DNA from: Stramenopiles sp. TOSAG23-3
Lineage: Eukaryota
Direction: 5' to 3'
NCBI GenBank assembly: GCA_900128585.1
Contig: LT642151.1
Coordinates: 48,437-68,436, forward strand
DNA: 20,000 nucleotides
Shown here: positions 8,801 through 16,336 of the stretch, piece by piece
How the letters are laid out: each line of letters starts with the position of its first letter
Position numbering within the stretch: the stretch's first letter is position 1
Position numbers and translations under genes: made by a program
The notes under the pieces: generated by a model
Seen by the model: only the letters and a program-made list of their open reading frames with translations
The model's database searches: none
Told to the model about the DNA's origin: nothing

Positions 8801-11800
8801 GCGATTTTTCTCTTCGCTTTTCAAGTAGCAGTTCCCGCCTCGTCATTTGACTAACGGGCTTGTTGCGCTTTGCAACCTTTTCCTCCATCTCAAGCCGGTC
8901 GCTGTCCTTGAGCGCTTTCAAAGCTTGTTGGTGGGCCATTTCGGCCTCGATCCTCATTTCCTCCTCTCGCTCCTTCAGTTTTGCCACCTTTGCTTCCTCA
9001 ATACGCCGCTCCTCTTCTAAAGCCTTGTCCCGAGCTTCCTGTATCTGCCGTTCTTCCTCTTCTTTTTCGGCCAATAACTTTTCTGCAGCCATTTTTGCAT
9101 CGTGCTCCTCTTTCCTACGATTTTCTTCAAATTCACGCTGCGCGCGAGCCTCGTCATCAGCGACTTCTTTGGCTTCCTTAACCTTTAACTGAGCCCGTCG
9201 CTTCGCAATTTCCGCTTCCTGTGCTTCAAGCTTTGCAGCGTGTGCTTCTTCATCCGCTAGTTTTTCCATGGCGCGTGCTTCCTCCTCTTCTTTGTGGTAC
9301 AGGTCCAGCGCATTCTCTGCGTCTCTCTCCGCCTTCTCCGCGTTCTTCAACGACTCGTGAGCACGCTGCCTCGACAACCGGGCTTCCCGCTCCTCTTTCT
9401 CTAAAATTGCTCGCGCGTACTCACTAGTGTCACCGCGCCTTTCCATGTCCTCCCGGGCACGGGTGGCCTCTTCTTCCTCCGCAGCGGCTTCTTTGAGCGC
9501 CACCTCAGCTTCCCGGCGTGCTATTCCTGCAAACCGAGCTTTTTCTTGGGCTATCTTTTTTGCCCTGTCGGCTTCGATTCTCTCCTTAAGGGCAAGGGCG
9601 GCATCTTTTTCTGCAAGGGCAATGGCAGCCTCAGCTTCCTTCTGTTCTTTCAGGGCCTCCGCGGTGGCTTCATCTAGTTCATCGTTGCCTTCTCCGAACG
9701 ATCCAGTGGGGGCCGCCATTCCTATAGACGCCCATTTTTCACGAAAGTGTTCGTCCGATGCCGTAACGGCTTCTAGGACCCAGTCGCAGAGGGGGGCAAA
9801 TGCGCAGTATTTTTCATCTTCCACCAATGTCTCGGGAGAAAAACGAGGGTGGTGGGTCACACGCTGCAACCGATGAAGGGTTTCCTCGGTGACGCTGGTA
9901 GCGTTAAACTTTCGTAAGCGATCACGAAATTCGGGCTCATTCACAATACGTTGCGCCACCAACCACGTAGGGTTTTCTCCGACAAGCATGCACACCGACC
10001 CCAATATTCGCATTATCAACGGCGGGGGCTTTGGCCCATCCGCCGTGCACAGGGCAGCGATGGCCCGCTCGTCGAGTTGATCGAACGTCGCGCTTTTCAC
10101 GGGAACCGCCCGGCCAGGGACGCCAATATCTGAGCTTGGAGTCTTTACCATTGCCCGAAGTCGCCTTGCCTGCTCCGCTTGCTGCCGTTGCTTTGCTCTC
10201 ATCAGCCATGGCTGAGGCCCGGTGGACTTTTCGGGAGACGGGACGGGAATGGACGGCGTGCTGATTTCTTTCTGAGGGGCCTTCGGCGATTTTTTCTTGA
10301 GAATTTGTACTGCCCCTGGCTTGTCCAATTCCAATTTTAACGTTTTGTCCAGGGACGGGACCGGTGATAACTTCTGTTTTAACGGCGACTTGCCGGTCTT
10401 CTTCTTCTTCTTTGCTGAACCGGCCTGCAACTTCTTCGCGTGTCGTCCCTTTTGCTTTTCCCTCTCTATCCTCTCTTTCTCGATGACCGCAAGCTCTTGG
10501 TATTTGATGTACCCTGATGAGCGGTGGTCAAGCTCTTGAAGCAGCACGTTTCGCTCGTTTTCGGACCCTGAGAACCCTACTGCCACGAGCGCGTCAGAAA
10601 AGTCGTCCCTACTGACAACACCGCGCTTTTCACCGTCCCGTTTCATGCACTCGGCCAGCAGTCCCGTGATTTTGGAGTCTACAATTTTGCCCAGCTCTTT
10701 GAACCCAGCCTCTGCCTCCAACGCTTCCCGGCTCTTCACCGCCCCGCTTCGGACGGCGGCGTTGACGGCGACACGGGCACGCTGGGCGTCGAGCGTGTCG
10801 GGCTTTTCGAACCCACCCCCAGTGCGCTTGACGGAGGTGTCGTTTTTTTTCTTTTTTGGTGCTCCAACGTACGTGCCATCGTCCCCTTCGCTATTTAAAT
10901 CTTGCCGGGGCCTCATCTCGTACTCGTTGCCGTTCCACGGCGGCCGCTCCCTCAAAACGTCCTTTTTCTTTTTTCTCCTTGAACGCTTCTTGCGCTGGGT
11001 GCCGTTCGAAAAAGTACTATTTTCTTTCAGCGTTGGCAACGGGCCGGACGACGGGAGGACAATACTGCGCTCTGCCAATTCTCCCGGCGATATGGACGTG
11101 CTCGGCGGGGGGCTCCCGCCGACTTTAGGGCTGTTGCTTCCCGAGCTGCTCGTGGGCGAAAATTGGCGGCGGCTGTTGTTCGGGTTTTCAATCTCTTCTT
11201 TCCACCCCATGTTCTGCGCGACGTTTGGGGGCACCAGCCACTTCGGAACGCTTTGCTTTTCATCTTTCTTCTTTCCCCAAACTTCGTAGTGGGCATCGTC
11301 GCTTTTGATCATCTGTTGCGTGTACGGTGTCTTCATCAGCTTCTTGAGCTTTTTCGTAACCGCCCTCCTCTTCCTCCTCCTGTGCCTGCTTTCCCCAAAA
11401 GACGCAGTGGACATTCCTGCGGAGCTGGCGATACTGGATAAACTATCCGGGGCGTCTATCCCCCCCGCGCCCAGGGCGAGCAGGCTGGCCCCTTGGCGAG
11501 CCCTCGCTTTGTTCTGCAATAGGACAGCCCGCTCTTCCAAAAGTTTTGATTTTTCCGTCTCGATGGACGACAGCAAGTGTGCCTTTCGTTCCATCTCTTT
11601 CACCAGGGCGCGGTTCTTCCTTATCTTCTCGCGCTGCCACTCATTAAACGCGTTCACGGCCGCTTGTCGCTTGGCTTCCTTCTCGGCCAAGTCCTGCTTC
11701 GACGTGTCCGGCTTCTTCCCTTTTTTTTTCTGCAGCACTTGCTTCTCCTTGTTCCATACCTTCCAGCGCTCTTCTGCGTCCTTCTTCCGGTTTGCCCGTT

Positions 11801-12071
11801 TCCGGGCCTTCGCGGCCCTCTCCTCCTCGGTCTCCGGGACGGTCGTCATGGACATTGGCAAACGGCCGGTGCTGGACCGTGATATCTTCGATTTCTTCAG
11901 CTTTGCGTTCCATGTCTTTGCCATTTCCTTTGTGACTGTATTGTTCTTGATTTTCTGTTTCAGCGATAGATCTGTCTTTATCTTTCCACGCTTTCTTCGC
12001 GGGACGAGCAGCCGCTCTGCCCACTTGTCGTTTGGCTTTAACGACTTTTCAACTAACCCGAGGTACGCCAT
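5841..12071 (-). CDS. Giant multidomain protein: EF-hands + dynein MTBD-like domain + charged coiled coil + 2 IQ motifs + EF-hand repeats + inositol polyphosphate kinase (IPK) domain
   Basis: Single open frame; first ATG at 12071 gives 2076 aa (the track starts at a TTG, 12110). EF loops DGEKRGVVSRDD and DHRSSGYIKYQE (~10490-10680); MTBD-like segment (~9765-10095); E/K/A/R helix (~8880-9680); IQKLQRG and IQHIARG (~8545-8670); EF loops DKHGQGKISKKD, DTNHDGSVDFQE, DTDNDGFVTFEE; IPK motifs PCIMDVKIG (6831-6857), SSLL (6564-6575), VDF (6507-6515). Confidence 0.9.
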   Translation of the reverse strand: MAYLGLVEKSLKPNDKWAERLLVPRRKRGKIKTDLSLKQKIKNNTVTKEMAKTWNAKLKKSKISRSSTGRLPMSMTTVPETEEERAAKARKRANRKKDAEERWKVWNKEKQVLQKKKGKKPDTSKQDLAEKEAKRQAAVNAFNEWQREKIRKNRALVKEMERKAHLLSSIETEKSKLLEERAVLLQNKARARQGASLLALGAGGIDAPDSLSSIASSAGMSTASFGESRHRRRKRRAVTKKLKKLMKTPYTQQMIKSDDAHYEVWGKKKDEKQSVPKWLVPPNVAQNMGWKEEIENPNNSRRQFSPTSSSGSNSPKVGGSPPPSTSISPGELAERSIVLPSSGPLPTLKENSTFSNGTQRKKRSRRKKKKDVLRERPPWNGNEYEMRPRQDLNSEGDDGTYVGAPKKKKNDTSVKRTGGGFEKPDTLDAQRARVAVNAAVRSGAVKSREALEAEAGFKELGKIVDSKITGLLAECMKRDGEKRGVVSRDDFSDALVAVGFSGSENERNVLLQELDHRSSGYIKYQELAVIEKERIEREKQKGRHAKKLQAGSAKKKKKTGKSPLKQKLSPVPSLDKTLKLELDKPGAVQILKKKSPKAPQKEISTPSIPVPSPEKSTGPQPWLMRAKQRQQAEQARRLRAMVKTPSSDIGVPGRAVPVKSATFDQLDERAIAALCTADGPKPPPLIMRILGSVCMLVGENPTWLVAQRIVNEPEFRDRLRKFNATSVTEETLHRLQRVTHHPRFSPETLVEDEKYCAFAPLCDWVLEAVTASDEHFREKWASIGMAAPTGSFGEGNDELDEATAEALKEQKEAEAAIALAEKDAALALKERIEADRAKKIAQEKARFAGIARREAEVALKEAAAEEEEATRAREDMERRGDTSEYARAILEKEEREARLSRQRAHESLKNAEKAERDAENALDLYHKEEEEARAMEKLADEEAHAAKLEAQEAEIAKRRAQLKVKEAKEVADDEARAQREFEENRRKEEHDAKMAAEKLLAEKEEEERQIQEARDKALEEERRIEEAKVAKLKEREEEMRIEAEMAHQQALKALKDSDRLEMEEKVAKRNKPVSQMTRRELLLEKRREKSLRRVQVSITDASEIKPGDDDVLSHINDIMETDQDDTEALEEEQRALAATKIQKLQRGKADRQMLVKQKNAAAKIQHIARGRQERAIAVKRTQERKKHFANVYSDVRELENSLQELFDTIDKHGQGKISKKDIMMSLGKPAVSEMINECPPLKPLLHPRTYKETFNAMDTNHDGSVDFQELRMFCTGMYSMDASKDIAVKSDLAMSALEESDFDLENREAQKDVHNDLKSILMELFEAMGHGAERKITKVDLMHGLHKDNIRDIIRKCAPLQPLLKPRAFWATLMAIDTDNDGFVTFEEVRGFCSGVVAAQNSVVLNVKEAMKMLKEISATLDAFYDISGFSKDAPVPLQSIIDKLDEPYALSEIATLTPILQLREQDRDLFLCLKQTLLALESKKLASHSYVLPEGQTLEEALDAIEIKITYDEMVIYCAGLCAGWGHVKLRTDVKQYPRASPEYDLNQALNNLYTIMRVEKLDLHKYAPTKKVNIIHYVTDPIVKEKLELCATARVLLEPEWYWSTLTILPVKCTASMDEISQDELRVFLCGLNEKYLVRQKQGSGKVSRNDNVSREYIDRIGGKEKTVDGSVRFVWPNKTDRFIGKHTTEVEEAFYEHMAATNTAIRRIIPRFGGICYHHAVKYVSIENISKGFSSPCIMDVKIGSDKQGKKLGLGDAYELVGMRMWNPDFEQFVDIGADDETDCSFEHFLTLGSSKTIVRIDLLREIVSTLKTRLESLQSKHNNMDFFGSSLLIAYDADDFKPNIRCLLVDFEKVVVLRKKDAVHKDNIALGIRNLINRFESLANALQKRLFAAMFTLYDACKLKRTRKGIETIESPWEGVRECAHIELPNLIARSVRLFVQVFDRDGRGHIDASALKSIQSENMYQSAVKLSSPGLHDLLHPQKSAELVGKLVNKVQKDQVTYEKVYNHCIREEALAAGEAVSGLGVEALPGTESDDEGIIQDHFERKEWLKGLKDEADAALYAQPYMPMIE

Positions 12072-12621
12072 TATTCCTGACCCGATGTACCCACTGCGTG
12101 CGACGCACAATGTCGGAGGAGATAGAATTCAAAGGCAAGAGGGAACAACAAAGACGGGATTGTTCCGGTTTGTACAAAACAATATGGTGTCTATAAAATG
12201 TGTACCTCTTTTTACTAAAATAGTCTTTGGTTGATCAATAATTCTTGTGGGGGAGCATATTTGTAGTCAATATGTTTCAGCGGATAAAATAGTTCTCGTA
12301 CTTCTTCTTCTTCGCTAAAAATTATTATTATTATTATAATAAAAAAAAATAATAAAAAAAGAAAGATGATGATGATGTTGCCATGTTATGTGTAAAGCTT
12401 TATGATGAAATATTTTATAACGGTGGGATTGGATTGTTGTTGGAGGGGGAAGGAAGGAAGGGAAGGAAGGGGGTGATTTGTTTTTGTTTTGGGATTTCAT
12501 TCTTCTCAGATTTCACAGGAAGAATAGTGTGTATAAATTTATGTTAATAAAATAGATAGGGTTAATAATGTATTATAAGTATATTTTCATGTATACTATT
12601 CATTTTATAAATATGGGAATC

Positions 12622-12635
12622 GGGGGGGGGGGGGG
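12622..12635. repeat. Poly-G tract (G14)
   Basis: Fourteen consecutive G in an AT-rich spacer. Confidence 0.9.
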
Positions 12636-12880
12636 TAATAATATTTTCTTTTTCTCTTCTATCGCTCTCTGTCCTTATTCACCTGTAGAATGCACATAAT
12701 TAAACCGATGCTATGCAATGTATATTTGGGTATTTACATAGTATTACATAGAAATATCATGAAATAATATCGAGATAGCAAGCGTACATTTCAAAATACC
12801 CGTCATATCATTGAATGCTATGATGACCTATTTTAAAAATGGGACCAACGGCTTTCCTTTTTTCCTTTCCTTTCCCACAC

Positions 12881-12917
12881 AAACAAAAACAAAAACAAAA
12901 ACAAAAACAAAAACAAA
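12881..12917. repeat. (AAAAAC)n hexanucleotide microsatellite, about 6 units
   Basis: aaacaaaaacaaaaacaaaaacaaaaacaaaaacaaa seen directly; accounts for TKTKTK in ORF 12811-13023. Confidence 0.9.
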
Positions 12918-13353
12918 TATCAATACAAGTATATTAATACTACTTATATATGTATTCTTATTATATATTAAAACCTATTTATTTATCTTTAAAAGAAGGA
13001 AAGATGATTTTCTCTTTCTATAAAATTAAAACTAGAAGTGGGGGGGAGGGCTGGTGTTGTTTTTGTTTGTTTGTAATAATACAGGCTTGTATTATGGTAT
13101 AATATAATACGTACGTCAGAAACAGAGAATAGGTAGGAAGAGAATAATGGAAGTAAATAGGATTGAGAAATTTTTAAATGGATGAAGAAACTAATTGCAA
13201 GATTGGTCAATTAATCGATTCAGATATGTACTACGTGAACATGGTTATAAAGGTGAAAAGTTATCCGTGCGTTTACGTGCCATTTGAAACGAAACCAGTC
13301 AGTAGACAAATTAAGAAAGTTTAATTGCTATAAATTACTTTAAATTGTTTAAG

Positions 13354-13692
13354 ATGAAGTTCACTCTTTTCATTGCGTTAGTATTTGCCTTAGTTGCCGC
13401 CGCCCTCGGTGCAGACGTCCGAACGGAAGAACCAGCAGCAACTGGTGGTGCCACCGGCGGCGCCACTGGTTTTGATGGATCGATCTTGGAACCAACCGAA
13501 CGATCCAAAGAGATCGAGCGTAAACGAGGAGGTAGTACTATCAAGCCAAAGCCCACTTGCAATGGCCAATACGGAAAACCATGCACCCGCAACACCGAGT
13601 GCCCATGCACAAACTTCTGCTACTTCGCCACTGAAACCACTATTGGCCAAGGTAAATGCGAGATGTACGACCGCAAGAAACACAGTGCCTAA
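13354..13692 (+). CDS. Small secreted cysteine-rich prepropeptide (knottin-like)
   Basis: ATG at 13354 (track uses TTG 13345), 112 aa. Clear signal peptide MKFTLFIALVFALVAAALG, A/T/G/E-rich pro-region, basic site ERKR, then six Cys spaced C-x7-C-x5-C-x-C-x3-C-x12-C. GC content steps up at the ATG like the other genes. Confidence 0.85.
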   Translation: MKFTLFIALVFALVAAALGADVRTEEPAATGGATGGATGFDGSILEPTERSKEIERKRGGSTIKPKPTCNGQYGKPCTRNTECPCTNFCYFATETTIGQGKCEMYDRKKHSA

Positions 13693-14495
13693 TTGTGCGA
13701 TGAATGTGGAATGCACAGTTACGTAGAAGCAATCAGACCGAAAAATGCTTAAGCATAGTCACAACGGATAGGATTCAGGTTTGCTAGAATAGACACCCTT
13801 GTTTTACTTGTACACTAAATATGTTTGCAATAAGTATTTTCTTGTCACCAACAAACGCAACACACTTTTAGATAAAAAAATCCCCCTCTACGCATACCTG
13901 GGCAACGAACCGTTTCGTGCACATGAACCACTCCGTTGTGCCACGTCAAACTCGAACCCTCCCTGGCATAGCATCACCATCGTCCTCGCCTTTTCTTTCC
14001 ATCAACATTCTTTCGGAGCATTTCAATTGTTCCTTCGGTCCCAAGAGCAAGAATAGTGTAATTTTTTCTTCTCAAAAAGGGGACGATGGTCCTCCCGAAA
14101 GTGAACGTATTGTGTTTCATTACAAGTACAAATATTTATTAAATACCTATTAAAACAAACATTGTATAGAATAATTAAATAGTATTGAATTATAATAGAT
14201 AAGTTTATGTTATATACAAATATTATCTATCGAAAGTATACTGCATCTGTTATAATAAGAATCTTAAATTCTGAAGAGAAGAGTGCAAGAGCTGAACCCC
14301 GTGTTCCAATTAAATGTTTTTTTTTTTCATTTGCTTTCTTAGTTGTGGTATATAAAATTCATGAATTAATTTCCTTTTTACCGAGTGTTAAAGGAATGCG
14401 CGAACATCATTTCAACAGGTTCTTTCCTGCTAAATTGAACGAACTGGGATTTTACACTTTTCTTTCTCTGCGTTACAGATCGTGTCGTCATCATA

Positions 14496-16196
14496 ATGTC
14501 TGGAAATGGCGACTTCGAGGAGGAGTCTTATGGCACCCCCCTTCAAATTATATCCATCGATGAGGAAAATAGCAAATTCAAATTAAACGAGGTAGAACTT
14601 GAGCAGGTCATGGCGCGGGTGCCGAAGGGTATGAAGCTCTCTGTTGTCAGTATTGTAGGCGCTTTCCGCACCGGGAAGTCTTTCTTGCTAGATTTTTTCC
14701 TCAAGTACTTGCGCCTGCCGCAAACGAAGATTGGCCGCGAGGCTTGGAGCAACCTGTTTACCTCAAAATCTTCAAAGTTGGAAGGGAACTCCAACGAGAA
14801 GGTGTCCGAGGGTGACAAGAACAATGACAGCGGGTTTTCGTGGAGGAGTGGCACGGAGCGGAACACCATGGGAATATGGCTTTGGAGCAAACCGTTTGTC
14901 CGCAAGGTGAAAGAGACAGGGGAGTCCGTGGCAGTCCTGTTGGTAGACACCCAAGGAATCTTTGACAGTCGCCTGACCCAGATGATGGCGGCATCCATTT
15001 TTGGGCTAAGCACGCTGCTTTCGTCGTACCAGATATACAACGTGCAGAACAGGCTGCAAGAAGATCACTTGCAGCACTTGGCCCTGTTCACCGAGTACGG
15101 CCGGGTGACGTTGCGGGCCCAAGAGTCAAGCGGGGACAACAACAACAAGGCCAAGAAGGCGGGGACGGACGAGCAACCGTTCCAGGTCTTGCAATTTCTC
15201 GTGCGCGATTTTCAGTTCGAAAGCAAAGACCGGAGCGAGGACAAGATGACCGAGTACTTGCAAAATTTCTTGTCGGTCGAAGACCGGCAACAGAAAGACC
15301 TTCGCGAAATTCGTGAGCACATTCGCGATTCGTTCGAAAAGGTGAGCATTTTTCTCCTCCCTCACCCTGGCTTTGACGTCCCGGACCCAGAGTACGACGG
15401 CGAAGTCAGCAAAATTCGCGACGTGTTTCGAGAGATGCTCGAGCAGTACGTGCCGCTGGTGTTTAACAGGGAACTGCGGCCGAAGACGATCAACGGTAAC
15501 TTTATTACGTCAATGGAGTTCAAACATTTCATTCGCGCCTTCGTTAAGATTTTCGCTGATGGAAACGCGTTCCCGGAGCCGACCACCCTGTTGGCCGCCA
15601 CGGCAGAAGTGAACAACCGGTGTGCCAACGATGCCGCGTACGATAACTACGTGGCCGAGATGGACCAACTCTGCGGCCCTGGAAAGATGCACGTGCCCGA
15701 GCCGAAGTTGCTGTCGCACCACAACATTTGCCTCGACGCAGCGCTCTCAAAGTACAGGTCCAAGGCAACCCTCGGCAGCAGGTCAATGATTAAAAAGTTT
15801 GAGCTTGAGCTGACACAGAAGATAACGAAAAAGAAGAACGAGTACGTGTCCATAAACTCGGACAGAGACCCGTACAAGAATTTAGAATTTTACGTGCTTC
15901 CCGCAATGATATGCGTCTCTGCGTATTTCGTATCCATGGTCGGCGGGTGGGTGTGCTGGACGCCGCAGACCCCAGAGTTCGATTTTGAAATCGCCGACGT
16001 CTGCCAGCGTGGTATCAATCTGGTCAATTTTGTGTACGGTGGAATTTTTTGGTTTTTCATGGTAATGTTTGCTGTTATGGGCCGGCAAGCATGGGACAGG
16101 ATCCAACTCATTCTCCAAGCAAACGGGATGATGGTGCGCGTTGGTGGCGCCGCAACCGAATCGGACCCTGTCGGAACGAAATTGAAGAGCGACTAA
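14496..16196 (+). CDS. ATL: Atlastin-type (GBP family) ER membrane-fusion GTPase
   Basis: 566 aa. P-loop GAFRTGKSFLLD, G2 FSWRSGTERNTMGIWLWS, G3 LLVDTQGIFD, FLVRD (the atlastin RD motif), FLLPHPG, helical middle domain, two C-terminal hydrophobic segments (~15888-15953 and ~16020-16082), C-terminal KLKSD (KxKxx ER retrieval signal). Confidence 0.93.
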   Translation: MSGNGDFEEESYGTPLQIISIDEENSKFKLNEVELEQVMARVPKGMKLSVVSIVGAFRTGKSFLLDFFLKYLRLPQTKIGREAWSNLFTSKSSKLEGNSNEKVSEGDKNNDSGFSWRSGTERNTMGIWLWSKPFVRKVKETGESVAVLLVDTQGIFDSRLTQMMAASIFGLSTLLSSYQIYNVQNRLQEDHLQHLALFTEYGRVTLRAQESSGDNNNKAKKAGTDEQPFQVLQFLVRDFQFESKDRSEDKMTEYLQNFLSVEDRQQKDLREIREHIRDSFEKVSIFLLPHPGFDVPDPEYDGEVSKIRDVFREMLEQYVPLVFNRELRPKTINGNFITSMEFKHFIRAFVKIFADGNAFPEPTTLLAATAEVNNRCANDAAYDNYVAEMDQLCGPGKMHVPEPKLLSHHNICLDAALSKYRSKATLGSRSMIKKFELELTQKITKKKNEYVSINSDRDPYKNLEFYVLPAMICVSAYFVSMVGGWVCWTPQTPEFDFEIADVCQRGINLVNFVYGGIFWFFMVMFAVMGRQAWDRIQLILQANGMMVRVGGAATESDPVGTKLKSD

Positions 16197-16217
16197 TTGG
16201 TGCTCATAAGATTAAAG

Positions 16218-16240
16218 ACAAGAAAATTGGCTGTTATTTA
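16218..16240. repeat. Dispersed copy of the ACAAGAAAATTGGCTGTTA motif
   Basis: 16218-16236 is identical over 19 nt to 5677-5695; 16225-16240 is the exact reverse complement of 5734-5749. Confidence 0.8.
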
Positions 16241-16336
16241 ATTAATTAAAATTAATGTATTGCGAACTGAAATCTACTAAACATTTGAGGTTTACATTCC
16301 TTCATGTACTGCGAAGTTATAATGATAAATCCACAT

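Noticed and set aside
5841-12071. Calling the giant ORF a dynein heavy chain or myosin
   Set aside because: No AAA ring, Walker A motif or myosin head; only MTBD-like and IQ modules are present.
6033-12234. Many + strand ORFs up to 309 aa (e.g. 11305-12234, 10645-11289, 6265-6909)
   Set aside because: F/S/L-rich reverse complements of K/E-rich codons of the giant gene.
12315-13210. Short ORFs 12315-12500, 12811-13023, 12989-13210
   Set aside because: AT-rich low-complexity spacer; the translations mirror microsatellites.
13891-13902. ATACCTGG resembling the U1 snRNA 5' end
   Set aside because: Lacks the full ATACTTACCTGG, and no U1 stem-loops or Sm site were evident.
14207-14563. 118-aa ORF overlapping the atlastin start
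   Set aside because: Spacer-like AT-rich composition, different frame from atlastin, no motif.
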